From NCBI GenBank assembly GCA_051453625.1, contig JBOZIK010000001.1, positions 23,403,812 to 23,447,218 of the forward strand: DNA of 43,407 bases. The letters are read 5' to 3'. Every line of letters begins with the position of its first letter. Within the stretch, counting starts at the first letter, position 1. The position numbers and the translations under genes were made by a program. The notes beneath the pieces are model-generated. The model searched no databases and had not been told where the DNA came from. It saw only the letters and a program-made list of their open reading frames with translations. Shown here piece by piece: positions 1 through 13,160 of this stretch. Origin of the DNA: Welwitschia mirabilis. Lineage: Eukaryota.

Positions 1-699
1 ACCAAACACAAATAAAGTTAAGAAAGATTTTAAGATTATAAGAAGAAGTGAAAATTAGATAATAACTCCTATCCATGAGGCTTCAACATCTTAAAGTAAT
101 AAAAATGATAAGAAAGAAAAGGTTATAGAAATCTTAGAAAATCATCCTTTCCCTTTTCCTTTAAGCAATAAAAAGGAAAATTCTTCTCATGAAAAAGGTA
201 AGAAACCTACTACCCCTATGGCTTGATAGATTAAACACTAATATAACATTTGATAAATATCTTAAAGCCTTAATGTAAAAGGTAAGTATCAATTTATCAT
301 TTTGAAAACTTTTGTAAGAGAATCATAAATATTCTAAGTTATGGAAAGAACTGATAAGAAGAAAATAAAAATGAACTATTCCTATCAAAGTCTTGCATCA
401 TATGCATANNNNNNNNNNNNNNNNNNNNNNNNNNNNNNNNNNNNNNNNNNNNNNNNNNNNNNNNNNNNNNNNNNNNNNNNNNNNNNNNNNNNNNNNNNNN
501 NNNNNNNNAATCTTGGCTATCTTTTGGATATGGATCTTTTAGTTTCTTGAATCTGTAAAATCACATTTTATTCTATAAATATCATATTAGTTTGATATTA
601 ATTGGCAATATAAAATCCTAATACTTTCTCATTTATTTAATTTAGTAATGAATTTAATGGAACAAATTTAAACCCTTCACAAATTATTTTTTATTTTTT

Positions 700-3600
700 A
701 GGTATTATATGTTCAACATGATTATAAGACATAAGGCACTTAAGTGTACAATAGTGTTTTTCAAAAAGAACATAATCAATGCCCCAATCATGATAGAGGA
801 ATTACATGAATAAATAAACACTTATTCATCGATAGAAATAATAGACAGCTTAATAAAATAGGGAAGCCCTTTAATAGGCACACGTTCCTACTGGAAAAAA
901 AAACAAATGCAAACTATTAGATATAGTTACCTAGCTTGGAACTCCTACAATATTATTCACTTTAAGTATGATATATTTTATATTAGTCTGATCTATATGA
1001 TATCATGTTCACTAAACAGCCACAACATTCCTCTGAAGCCAGAAGATGGTGAATGCAAAAAATAATCAATAACTCATTCATTATCTCAAAGTAGATATAC
1101 AACTATTCTAAAAAATTTAAAGAGGTAATTCTAAGAATGAAATTTAATGTTGTAGACTATTGGACATGATTTTAGTGGCAACATAGAGGTTTTTCACCTA
1201 TAGAAGGGTTTTTATGGATAAAAGGAGTTTCTAACATGGAATAACTTAACTGGAGTAATGATACAACAATGAAAAATGCTAAGAGATTTTTGATTCCATC
1301 ACACATGCATGAAATAATAGATTTAATGAGTATGACAGACTTAATGCTATAAGTAAAAGTTATATCTTTTTATTACATGTTTAATTAATTACACTGTTTT
1401 AGATGTTATAATTATTTTCACTTTTGTAAGTCCCAAGAGGAACATGGATCTTTATCCATGTCAATTATGAAAAAAAGATCTTAAACATATGCAACTAGGG
1501 TAAGATTATACAATATTATTAAAAGGTGTTCAAAGACATACAATTTGCAAACCAGGAGCATGTTTAATAAGGCAAAATGGTTGACAAATGTATAGGTACA
1601 TATGTAGTAATACTCTTTTAAAATTATAAATATGTTTAAACGATAGATGCTAATGCTTACTAATTCATGTAGATATAACATTCCATGGGAGTTGCAACTT
1701 TACAATTCTAGGTTGTATATAAATGAAAATAATAAGAAGTATGAGCCAAGGAGAAATGATGACATGTTAAATGTTCATAATAAAATACTTCTACAAAGAT
1801 GGTGAGTGAATATAGACTTCCAACTTAGGCTCGATAAACATGTTGTTATAGAGGACATTATAAAATACGCCTCAAAGTTAGAGAAGAAATCAAAGTTGTA
1901 TTTTGACACGTTAATGAAGATATCATAAGATAGAGATCCTCATGAGCCTGCAATTTCAGCTTACAAAAGACTAATAATAGATATTATAACATATCATGAT
2001 ATTGGAGTTACAGAAATATGTCACATGTTATAGGGACTTCCCCTAGTTAAAAGTAGCAAGGTATTTATAACATTTAATGTATTTAAGGAGGTCTATAAAA
2101 AAGTGAGACAAAGCCATGTTGTAGACGGAGAACGTGTGTATACTAGCTTGGTAGATCAGCATCTGAATAGGTCACTGCACATGGAAGGTATGTCATTATT
2201 CACTTGTATAAAATATTATATATTCAATTCAAGGAAAATATGAGATGATGCTCGATATCCTAGAAAGGAACATGCAATTATCAAATCTATTTCTAGATTT
2301 CGTGTGCGATATAAAAAAGATGGTAACAAATAGATGGCTAATTATTGGGATTAACTACTTCTTCATTTTCATTTAAAGATATCAAACCTAATTTAGGAAG
2401 TAAAAATAAAGAAATAGATGCTAAATTAATGTCTGTTACACCTATGTATGAGCAATGTAATCCATCATATGATGAGGATTTTAAATGTGTAACCATTGAG
2501 AAGGATCAACATGAAGACATGAAACCATCGCATGTGGAACATTATGAAAATGATTATTAAGTATTAACAAAACATCTACTACATTAAAGACTTCTTTAAA
2601 GAAGTGAACATGACATGCTTGACTTGCGTGATCTTGATAGATAAAATAATTGGTTTGCAAACTATAAAGAAGAAGACTATGTAAAATATGTTATTTCTTT
2701 TGTTCAAAGTAATAGGACGTAATGTAATTTATTAGTCAAACATGAAACAAATCAAATCAATGACCTATCTAGCCTTGACTTAAAACAAAAGAAATGCTTT
2801 AACATACTCATATGTCATTTGGCGCTGCGAGAATTTGAGTAAGATGACATCCAACCTCTATGCATGATAATCCAAGGAATAGTAGGAATAGGAAAATCTT
2901 TTCTCATTCATGCTATAACGAATGAATTTAAGAAGATGTGTCCAAACAACACAGGTATTATTATGGTGCTAGCTCCCACTAGAGTTGTTGTATACAGCAT
3001 CAAGGGGACAATAATACATTCAACATTACGTCTTAAGATTGGTAACTATAAGCCTGCTTCATTAAGATAGTTGCTATATCTTCAAGAACAACTAAAAAAT
3101 GTTAAGTACATCATTTTTGATGAAATAAGTTTTATAAGGGGTAAGATGTTACCTAATATTGACAAAAGGCTTAAGGAGTTATTCCTAGCTAATTGACACA
3201 TGAGTTTTGATGAAAGGTATATCATATCAATAGGTGATCTTGCTCAATTATCTCTGGGAAGGATTGTTCACTACATCATGGTAGTAAGGAAATGAAGGTA
3301 CTATGGAGATTATTTGATATGTTTGTTGTATTAGATGCAGTCCAGAGACAAAATGATGACAATCCAAATTAGCAAGAGTTTTGAAATGTGTTGAGGAATG
3401 TAAGAGATGGTAAAGCTTTACATGATGACTATGAATTTCTAATGACGAGGTCTAAACTTCCTCCCACATCCAATGGAATGGAAGGTTTCCAAGATTTAAT
3501 TCATTTATTTTTCATGAATGATATGATTTTCTCTCATAACAGAAAGTGATTACTTTAAATGCAATTACCCATTGCATGATGTGTAGTAGACAAGACATGA

Positions 3601-4030
3601 GATTTAGTTAGATACGATGATGCTGATGGTGAATTGAAAACAGAGCTTCTTCTTTGTCAAGGAGCTAGGGTTATGTTGACTATGAACATATGGCCTAAAG
3701 CTGGATTAGTAAATAGATCTATGGGTGTTGTTCAATCGATGGTCTATCAACCAGAAAAGAATCTGCCTAATCTTCTAACCTATGTCATGGTTGACTTTGA
3801 TACTTACACTAGAGTTCCTTTTAATAATCAAGTCAAAAAATAGTTTCCATCATTCCCTTCTTTAGAGATCTAGCAAAACAACTATCTCTCAAAGTCACTT
3901 GGGCATTAATAATTCATAAATCTCAGGGGATGACTCTTAGTAAAGCATGTATAAACATTGATTCTAAGGAAATGTCACGATTGACTTTTGTGACCCTTTC
4001 TCAAGTGAAGTCCATAGAATCATTGAAGAT
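700..4030 (+). mobile_element. Degenerate Helitron (Helitron2/Helentron-like) Rep-helicase pseudogene with many stops and frameshifts
   Basis: Motifs occur in the expected order. Rep: RYYMFNMIIRHKAL (~700), LGTPTILFTLS (~925), decayed HUH region DYWT*F*WQHRGFSPIEGFLW (~1155-1217), RNDDMLNVHNKILLQRW*VNIDFQ (~1750-1825), IKYASK (~1860), DIGVTEICHML*GLPLVKSS (~2000-2060). PIF1 helicase: Walker A IIQGIVGIGKS (2864), VLAPT..TIIHS, IIFDEISF (~3110), GDLAQL (~3235), LCQGARVMLTMNIWPKAGLVN (3634 ORF), WALIIHKSQGMTL (~3900) and TFVTLSQV (~3985). Confidence 0.9.
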
Positions 4031-5105
4031 ATTATATCCCTTCTCTAAATAAAGATACAAAAAATTATCCAAGGGTTCTAAGAAAGAGCAACATTTAGCA
4101 CACCTAGAAGTCTAGAATATATCTTTTTTGCAACAATTCATTAATTTATCTATGGTGTAGATCTATATCAAGTGACATAAAATGAATTATAATTTATTTC
4201 TTGTAATTAGATATTACTAATTTATCTATGCTACATCCCTATATTGTTCTTTGTTACCTTCATTGTAATACTTAAATGCCTATATTATTGTTTATTAGCT
4301 TCATTGTAATAAAGTGATAGTTGACCTCTCTATAAATTTTATGAGTAGTTCATTTCCTATGTTATTATCATTTTCCTGTTTATGCATTTTTACATTTAAA
4401 TATAGAAAAGAGATATCATTAGATACTTAAATTATTAACAATTATTTTGTACATTAAGATTATGTGTTTAATTAGCATATTTACTAATAATGATTACAAA
4501 TAATGATTTAAAGCATTTCCATAAAGGTCTTTCTAATTAAATCAGCAATGACTAATGAAATTGATTCTATAAAAGATTTAATAACTAATAAACTTATAAT
4601 CAGTAGTAGATGACCACTAGCTTAGATATATATTTCATATACATCTAATATTTGGTCGAGAAAGATCAATTTCTATCAAATAGTTAATAGTGATCATAAG
4701 ATCAAAGTCAATATTAACTAAAGAGAAAGTTAACTTTAAATGTACTTAAAGTCAATACCAGTGTGCAAGTGAATTACAATTATATTAATGCTTATACCCT
4801 CATCTAAAAGGCAATAGAAATTAATCTTTTAGTCAAATATTAAATGCATATAAAATATCTATCTAAACTAATATTATAGAATTTGTTTTGCAAAAATCAA
4901 AAAATAATGTGTATATTCAGATTGCACTATGTGAAATAACCAACTTTAACCATGAACAGTCCCATTGATTTTTTGATTGAAAGAGGGACGTACGCGTAGA
5001 GAATCTGCTTTCACTTTACAAATAATTCAATTAATGTTGATAATTTGATGTCATAATAATTGGAAATACGGACATGTCCCACTCGCCCACCTTCGTAACA
5101 ACGTC

Positions 5106-5353
5106 CACGTGTCTCCATCCAATTCGGTAGCACACTGCATGCAGTGTCTCCCACTGGAATATTCCAGAGCGTACCAATCAGTGCCGGCCAGGAAACACCC
5201 GTGGGGCCCGCTCCGCAACGTGGCCAAGCAGCCCATCGCCATGCCAATCGCCGTTGGACGCGAGCGCGACAGTAATGGTAACGGATAAAAAGCCCTGCCT
5301 CCCTTAGTGGTGGGACCCATGTGCGCGCACACACACAAATGAGGTGTGGGCCC
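5106..5353 (+). promoter_or_regulatory. Cis-element cluster upstream of S40: G-box/ABREs and class I TCP-type sites
   Basis: CACGTGTC at 5106-5113 and ACGTGGC at 5218-5224 match the ABRE consensus ACGTGKC. GTGGGNCC occurs at 5201-5208, 5310-5317 and 5346-5353. CCAAT at ~5174. All lie within a CpG-rich island. Confidence 0.5.
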
Positions 5354-5749
5354 CAAGCGGAAAATGAAACGCAAATGCCACCGAAATGCACTTTGATTTT
5401 GATACGCCCGTCCGAGCCACGCCGGATGACCACCCATAAATAGTCACTCCATGCCGCTTCCCCAAGACCGCATACGCAGAAGGAGAAGTATGAGTGCAAC
5501 AAACGGTGGAGCGCCGGCGCTGTAACGGAACTCCAACTGCGCTCGAAATCATAAACTGATCAACAAGGCCTGCCGTCAAATTGACGGCAATGGCAGCGGC
5601 CCATCTGCTGTCCGTCTGTCCAGTTCAGTCACAGCCAGATATCTGTCCGGGTTTTTAGCGACTGTAAATCGCCGCTCGAACCAAAACCACTGCTCTTTTG
5701 CGCAGTTTCATCGCTATAGCGCACAGGCAAAAAAGAAAAAAAAACAAAA

Positions 5750-6361
5750 ATGATGATGACAAGGGTGGGAAAGGATTCCGCGAGAGCCTCCTGCGCCTCT
5801 TCTCGCATGGAAAAATTTCTGGGTCTTCCGCAATCGCCCTCAGTTGTTTCTTCAGGCGAGGATTTGCAGGAGGAGGATGTCTGGGCGCACTGGCCATGCC
5901 CCGACGCGCATGCACATGCGACGCCCGTGGGGCGCACAACCTCGCCGGTCCGAGGCGAGAGCGCTCAGACACATGGCGGAAGTGCGGAGTCGGCGGCGAG
6001 GAGATGGTTTCAGGGTGCTGCAGCAGCAGCAGCAGCAGCAGGAGGTGGTTTATCAGTGGCTTTTGAGAACTCATCGTTGCCGTTGAGCTTAAGGGCCATT
6101 CCTCATGTGCGCGGCGCGCAGTCTCTGCCCGTGCGGGTGCCGCTTTGGTCAACGCTGTTGAGTGAGCATGCTGGGGATGGAAAAGGGGAAGGGGCGGAAG
6201 AGGAAGAGTTGTTGCCTCCGCATGTGGTTGTTGCGAAGGAGGAGTCGCTGCGCGGTGACCTAAGGTTTTCCGTTCTGCAAGGCGCCGGAAGAACGCTCAA
6301 GGGTAGGGACATGAGCCGCGTCCGTAACGCCGTTTGGAGTCGCACCGGTTTTCTTGGCTGA
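5750..6361 (+). CDS. S40: Senescence regulator S40 family protein (DUF584), intronless, 203 aa
   Basis: Family motifs: N-terminal EDLQEEDVW, central QSLPVRVPLWS, acidic tract followed by LPPH, and the C-terminal signature FSVLQGAGRTLKGRDMSRVRNAVWSRTGFLG. The ORF is GC-rich. The exact start among the three consecutive ATGs is uncertain. Confidence 0.95.
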   Translation: MMMTRVGKDSARASCASSRMEKFLGLPQSPSVVSSGEDLQEEDVWAHWPCPDAHAHATPVGRTTSPVRGESAQTHGGSAESAARRWFQGAAAAAAAAGGGLSVAFENSSLPLSLRAIPHVRGAQSLPVRVPLWSTLLSEHAGDGKGEGAEEEELLPPHVVVAKEESLRGDLRFSVLQGAGRTLKGRDMSRVRNAVWSRTGFLG

Positions 6362-9254
6362 GGAAACATACATATTTTTTAATATTTAATTTTGTTTAAA
6401 CGTAACGGTTGTGGGTAGAAAATAGTTATAGGTGTTGAGGTGTGCTATGGCATTGTTATTACCTGTCTAGATCTACAATATTTAGAGAGCTAATTTTACA
6501 ATGATAAATGAGGATGAAATGATATTATCATTGGCAGAGTAAAATAATAAGGGTTTAACGTGGTGATGAGACTTCTTTCAAGCAAATGACTTTATTACTA
6601 GTCATATGGTGAATGTCTGTCTGTATCTTTCTGCTTAAGAAGTTAATTTATGGGAAATTGTGTCGCATTTGCTATAGTTGTGAGTCGGTGTGGCTAGATG
6701 AAATCCTATTTATGAAATCCCATTGACAAAGGCCTCGACTAACCTGAGAGCTAGCGAGATACTCGAAGCACTAGAGCTCACACCTGAGCCTGTTTTGGAC
6801 AAATGCACTCACACACCATAGAACAAAAACCATAAGAAGTGGAATGCACAACTTCTAAGCTTGGACTAAACACATGAGGCTCTAGCTAAATCTTTTTAAA
6901 TAATATCTCAACATATGTTAATAGCATTTTGATGATTTCATTATGTCTATGAAAGAAATGATAATCCATGTACATTCACACTATTAATAATCATTTGGGT
7001 AATTGTGGTGCTTGTACTCTTAGGAAAGTATAATATCACATTCAACATGACGTGGCGTATTTAATTAGCTTTCTTACTTATAAAAAAATTATAGCTTTTG
7101 ATTATTATTAAGTCATTGCTTTAATAAAATCACTAACTGTTTTTTCAACAAGATATGCCGTATATACTAGTATTCCAAGCATTTAAACCATGTGAGTCAA
7201 AAAATTGACAATGCTTTTATCGCTGACAATGCTTTTGTCACTTTGCTTCCACAATATTAAATAAATAATTAATTCTTTTTAACATAAGAATACTATGGTA
7301 TACAACATAGATGCTTACTAAATAGTTAATTCATCACCTCTTAGCCCACATTTCATATCCCATAAGAGTATAGTACTATCTTAAATTTTAAAAAAATAAA
7401 AAAATATATAAAATATAAAAATAATACTTCAACAATATATAGGTATTTACATGGGAAATCTTCTATAGTGGTAAAAACATTTATGAGTGTTTTTTTTTTA
7501 TTTTCTTCTCTTTCTTAGTTGTAAGTAAAGAGACCCTTTTTCTTTAATATTGATGAGTGTTAGAGATGGGAAGACCTACTTTTGGATTTTATGTCATTGT
7601 TTGTATGTATTGAGAGATGGATGATGATATAGACCTCCTTCTCCTTTAAAATTCTTTATGGAATCCTTTATAATGGCCATATCAACCATAAATTCTTACC
7701 CTTACTTGAGAGATGGGCCATCCCAATAGGATAACAACCCATTCAAAATGCATGCATGGTCTTAACTTTAAAGTTGTTTGTCCTCTCTCTGAGGATTGTC
7801 ATATCTTTATTCCTTGTCCCCTTCACGATGTTAGTCAAGGTGGTCTCTTTGTCTATATATAGATATTTGATCTTTAGACAGCTAAACAACTTTTCCTTTC
7901 CATCTTTTTTCTTTTGGATTCTCATAATGTCTATCTCATCTGTTACTTTCTTTTGAGATTCAGTGTTTCTTTAATTCATTGTCACTAAGCCCTTAAGATT
8001 TCTTTAGTTTTGAGCTTTTATTTATTACTCACACAAGGTACCTTTAACAATTACAAGAAAAACTCAAAAACATAACATGCCCCCAATCCCACTTTTAAAG
8101 AAATTTTCTATTTTCTATAATAATCTCTAAGTTAAAATTTTTAGAACTTTCTAAGAAAGTTTTTGATAGGAAAATTTATGTATTATGCAAATTTAATTAT
8201 CTATTGGCTTAAAACTAAATTGATATTTAAATTATTTTTATCTACCATCTTTACATGTAAATGGATGTTAATCAAGTATAAATTTTCAATAATTTCAACA
8301 CTTCCTTTTTCATCTAGCCTTAAGGTTACGACTTTTCTTTTTTAAGAAAGGCTCCTTTTACTTCTAAAAACGTTTAGGTGGAAAGTAGCTCCTGAGGGGC
8401 CAAGAGAAGAAATTTGATGCAAAACTATTTCATCTAACATAACTTTGCTGTAGAGAACTAATGCTCCTATTACTAACAGTGTACAGATCATCCTAGAAAA
8501 AAAGGAAAAAAATTGAAAGAAAAATCTTTATTTATAACATCTTAAATTTGCATCTTAAGGATAATGTTGTATATAATTCCTAATAAATTTAATCTCTCTC
8601 CCACATCCTTTGTTGCATTAAGGCCTCCAATTAAAATTAGTTTATCATTTTAAAAAACTTCATTCGTCTTCATTATTGTTGTTCTTCTTAGCTATATTTT
8701 CAAGCCATAAAGATTTACTATAATCGAAACGTTCCTCTAGATTGTGAGATAACTCTTTTTTATCTCAAATATGAAACCAAACTTTGAGCTTCATAAACAA
8801 ATAACAAGTACCTCATACTCTACCGTTTACCTATCACCATGTTATCTATAATATAACTAAATATTTTTTTGAACCAAATAAAAATTCTATTTCTAAATAA
8901 ATGAAATAATTCATTTTTCATTTTTGAAGGTATTTAAAAAAAAATAAAGATAATGATCATAAGGAGTTTTATCAAGGATAGATTTTATTAGCTTATATTA
9001 AAAAGCCCTACCTTTGTGAAGAAGAAAAAATAGCACATTCAAAATTCAGCAAGATCATGCTCTTATAACTTCAAGATTATGTGCTTTTAGCATATGAAAA
9101 ACTTGGTCTGCTATCTATATTAAGGGTGGGGAAAATGTTGCACCCCAAAAATTATTCTATTAAAACCAAAAAGTATCAGTGTACATAAGTGGACAAATAA
9201 ATAAATCCACTAATACACAAGAAAATGGTCTAAGAACAATAAAGTAGAAAGATT

Positions 9255-9260
<6 letters not shown>

Positions 9261-9343
<83 letters not shown>

Positions 9344-9352
9344 AGAGAGAGA
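9261..9352 (+). repeat. Compound (GA)n/(CA)n microsatellite
   Basis: Directly visible. It generates the spurious SLSLSL ORFs at 9160 and 9230. Confidence 0.95.
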
Positions 9353-9399
9353 GCAAATAAAATCATAATAGAAGTTATTCAAGTCACTACTATAAGAAC

Positions 9400-11420
9400 T
9401 ATAATAATTGCTCCCCATTTATATGATTTTTTTAAAGCTTGAACCTCCACTTAAAGAGTTGCATTCTATAAGATCTCATATTTATCTGCCATAGAAGTCT
9501 CAAATTCATCCTCAAGATGCTAAAATATAACCCTCTAATAAAGCTTCCAAATGTTGTGCAAGACTATACGTTGAAGATAGATTAAAAAAAAAAAAAAAAG
9601 AAAGTTACGGAGTGTCTTCAAAAATGATATGTATACTTATTAATTGGAAATTACCACAAAAGGTATAAGTCTAGTTCCATGCACCCTGAGCAATTCTACA
9701 ATCAAAGAAAACATGCTTAAAAGAATATTTAGCATCACAAAAAGGATATTTCGAAGAAGTAAATCCTAAATGTTATAAATGAGTACTAACAGGTAATCCC
9801 TAATGAGTCGAACAAAATAAAGAACAAAATAAAAAATATGAATCTTTGAAAGTGTTGGACATTTTCAAACATTTTTTATTCTTTACTTTCACAAACTAGA
9901 AGCCACTCAAATATTCCATCCTCTCATGAATAATTTTATTTTTGTTAATAACATCATAGAAGATCTTTATCTTGAAAGAAAAAACAAGTCTTTATTTGTT
10001 CAACAAATATCTAATTGTTCAACTCAAACAATTTATTTGATTACTCCATAAGCTTGTAGAAAGAATTTTGTTTTTCAATTTTTTCGAGCCTTATTAAGAC
10101 CATAAAGTTTAAGTGCTTCTTTCAAAATTAACCATCTTCCATGGAAGCAAAGACAAGAAATCATAGTGATGCCTAATTTGCACTAAGTCAAACACAAGCG
10201 AGGTGAATGTATATCCTATTTACCTTTATTAAATGAAATCCATCAAGGATTCAATTATTAAAATATTAATGTTAAAACCTTAATGCATTCATATTTCCAA
10301 TAATCATTGATAACACTTCAAGAATTTAAAATTTTTTTCTAATCACAAGATCTTTACATAGAAATAGCCATAGAAAAAAATACACAATGAAAGAAACCAT
10401 TACCATATTAGTTGCCTAAATTTTTAGGTTTTCTTGATTAATTCTATTTTTAATAAAGAATGCTCCAAGTTTTATTATTGGACAAACATTTTGCCATCCA
10501 TTTAAAGAATTAAAAAATTCCCTATTATGATAATTAAGAAGGCCAAAACTTCTATCTTCTTTACTTAAGGTGTAAATTTCCTAAGCAACTTTAGAAAAAC
10601 CTTTCTTAATTTGATCGTCATACTAAAGAAAACATCAAATAAGTTAATCCATTTTTTTTCTTAAGAGGATTTATTAGGAGCCTAGCAAGATTAGTAATAA
10701 ACATGTATCATCTAGAGTAAATATTTTATAACTAAAACTTTTCTAGTGAGTGTAAGTTTCTTCTCTTTCAACTTATTCACCTTGTTTTTTACTCTAGTAA
10801 TAGTTTAGTTCCATAGCTTCTTACTTTTATCTTTAAAAGAAAATGGAATTCTTAATAGCTTAAAAATTTTTTTAATCTAAAATTTTCTAATACTTATAGA
10901 AAACATAATCTTTTATATTATTGTTACAGTAAACAAAAGATTTTTGCTAGTTCATGCAATATCCAAAGTTCTTGTAATAATCATCCACACAAGTTAATAG
11001 CTAGCTTGTTGAAGGTAAAAAATGTTTAAAGAAATTGGAATGTAGATGTTTCTATTTTGAAAATAATGTAAACCAAATGGAAAACATAGTTCAATGAAAG
11101 GCATTGCAATAAATCTTTTTTAATTCAGACAGGAAAAGTAAAATTTATGGTGATAAGATTAGAGAAGGAAATTATATTAAAGATCTCTTTTATTTGAAGG
11201 CTGCAATTCCAATTAAAATAAGAGCATTAGTTAGTAGACTAAGAATAAGAAGTCATTATCTTCAAATTAGAATAAGAAGATGGTAGATTATTCCAAAGGA
11301 GCAACAAACATACAAGTTATGTTCAACTGAAAGTATTGAAGGCAAAGAACATATTTTCCTATAATGCTCTTAAACTTCTTTGTTAAGAGAAAAATGCAAC
11401 AAATTGCAGACAGTTTATTT
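9400..11420 (-). mobile_element. Highly decayed LINE (L1-like) ORF2 remnant
   Basis: Minus-strand translation near 10630-10520 gives FL*YDDQIKKGFSKVA*EIYTLSKEDRSFGLLN, resembling plant L1 FLW..K..VAW..I..PK..GGLG. Also LTKKFKSIIGKYVLCLQ (~11385-11335, like LA.RLK.VL..II...Q) and IIFED near 9620. Boundaries are approximate. Confidence 0.5.
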
Positions 11421-12138
11421 GCTTCGTTTCAACTACCTCCACTTTGTATTGCTTGTTATTCTGTTGTTGTATTCAAATTTTTTTTGACTTGTAACTTTCG
11501 TCATCCCATAGATCCCATGGGTCTTTATGGATGTAATAAAAAATTTCCAATTTCCAATTTCCATTATTAACCATTAGAAAAACAATCATCTACGAAGTGC
11601 ATATCAAGCAATTGAAGACCAAAATCATCAATTGTAATTCCTTTAATAAGATTACATTGCAATCTATACGTTAAACTATATCTATAGTATTAAATATTGA
11701 TTGGGTAGAAGCTTAGGTAAATAGAATAGACGATATGAACTTTGGGATGTTTTCTATTAGAGTTTTTAGATTTTATAAGCCACATCACAAACAATTAAGT
11801 TAGCCCTGATACTTTTCTTTATGAAGGTAAGATCCCATGTTTTATTACAAAAACTTCCTTGTTTTTAATTAAGAGAATTAAAAAGTAATGAAACCATACT
11901 CAAGGATATCACACATGTTTTTCAAATATTTTTTGGGAAGGAAAAGTTAAATTTTTTTACATGTAGTATTTTTATAAAAAATTTTATTTTTAACATTTAG
12001 TGTTTTTAAGGAATGTTGTCATTACCATGGTATAAAGGACCAAATTTTGATTTATTCTCAAAATATAAATTTTTTAGGAATTTATTTAAAAAGGAAAAAA
12101 GTCACTGTAAATGTAAAAACTAAGAGGTTGAGAACCAT

Positions 12139-12900
12139 TGTTAGAATACAATGAATGAAAAGAAAGCCTTTTCATTTCATTGCTAAAGATAAGTATGCCA
12201 AACATCTAGCGTTGCATCTCAATGTTGATTGTAGAGGTGAGAAATATTCTAACATCATATAAGGATACAACAAGATAAACACTTAGCCTTTAACCTGGTA
12301 CAGTAGTTTAGGAAGGCAAGTCGTTGGATGTCCAATCATGTAGATATGTTACAATGTGAATTATTTAGATAATTCTTAATACTTCCCCACAAGATCACAT
12401 GTAGAATGCCAAAACACAAGATCACATGTAGAATGCCAAAACACCCGATTTGTCTAAATATTTGTTAGTCAATAGTTTTGTAGAGACTTGAGTAGTTCCA
12501 ATGATGCTAGATTGGATTTTCTCCTAAATGTGGTGATAATTTATTTCAATGCACTTCATTCTTTCATAAAAATCTAGATCAATAGCAAGGCATAAAGTAC
12601 TAATTTATTGTCACAATGTAGGTACATTAGTTAAGAATTAAGAATGCCAAGGTCATAAAGTAAATTATTTAACTAAGTTAACTTGCAAGCTGTGATGCCC
12701 ATGAAATGACATTCAGCCTCCCCTAAACATTAAAATACTATAGTTTGCTTCTTAATTTTCTAAAAGATCGAAATGGCTCCTAACAAGATGATATAACCAA
12801 TAATGGAATGTTGTGTCATGGGTACCTTGCCCAATTTGAATTTGAAGTTCTTAGCTAGACTATACTAGTGGATAGCAGCAGACGACCTTGGCCACGAGAG
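12139..12900 (-). mobile_element. Ty1/copia 3' fragment: end of RT plus RNase H (~12900-12430), PPT (12392-12382) and ~243-bp 3' LTR (12381-12139)
   Basis: Minus strand reads GQGRLL..SNWARYP..HSIIGYIILLGAISIF*KIKKQTIV..GEAE, then LHCDNK..FYERMKCIEINYHHI*EKI, matching copia SDWA/KKQ/AEY/CDN/HERTKHIE motifs. This is followed by the purine tract TTGTGGGGAAG and then TATTAAGAAT...GTATTCTAACA with short terminal inverted repeats. Confidence 0.85.
12389..12444 (+). repeat. 28-bp tandem duplication (ACAAGATCACATGTAGAATGCCAAAAC core)
   Basis: Two adjacent copies are directly visible. Confidence 0.85.
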
Positions 12901-13160
12901 CTTCTGACAATATGTTAAAATACAATAAATGAGAGAAAGACTTGATGCTTCATTTTATGGGCTTTGCATGGCATTAAATAATAACTTAGTTCTATGACTG
13001 ATTTGAACTTGTTTAACTTATTGATCAAACTTAGTTTTTACCTTAATAAGTAATTACCCAAAAATTTATACGATTTACACTTAAATGAATATAGTATATC
13101 TAAGGACATCTTGAGTAGTTTTAGAATATGGTTAAAAAACTAATAAGCTATTTTGTGAGA

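Noticed and set aside
1-408. Possible gypsy gag/protease-region remnant
   Set aside because: Purine-rich and suggestive, but no diagnostic motif could be read, and it is cut by a gap.
4959-5000. GTCCC...GGGAC stem as the Helitron 3' hairpin
   Set aside because: Only a 5-bp stem with a long loop and no clear CTRR terminus, so it cannot be supported without other copies.
6018-6040. (GCA)n triplet run within S40
   Set aside because: Encodes a short poly-Ala tract in the variable region, which is common in plant regulators.
5011-6369. Multiple overlapping ORFs around S40 (5011, 5051, 5304, 5629, 5655, 5698, 5844, 6103)
   Set aside because: Shadow ORFs expected in a GC-rich island. None has a recognisable motif, and S40 explains the coding signal.
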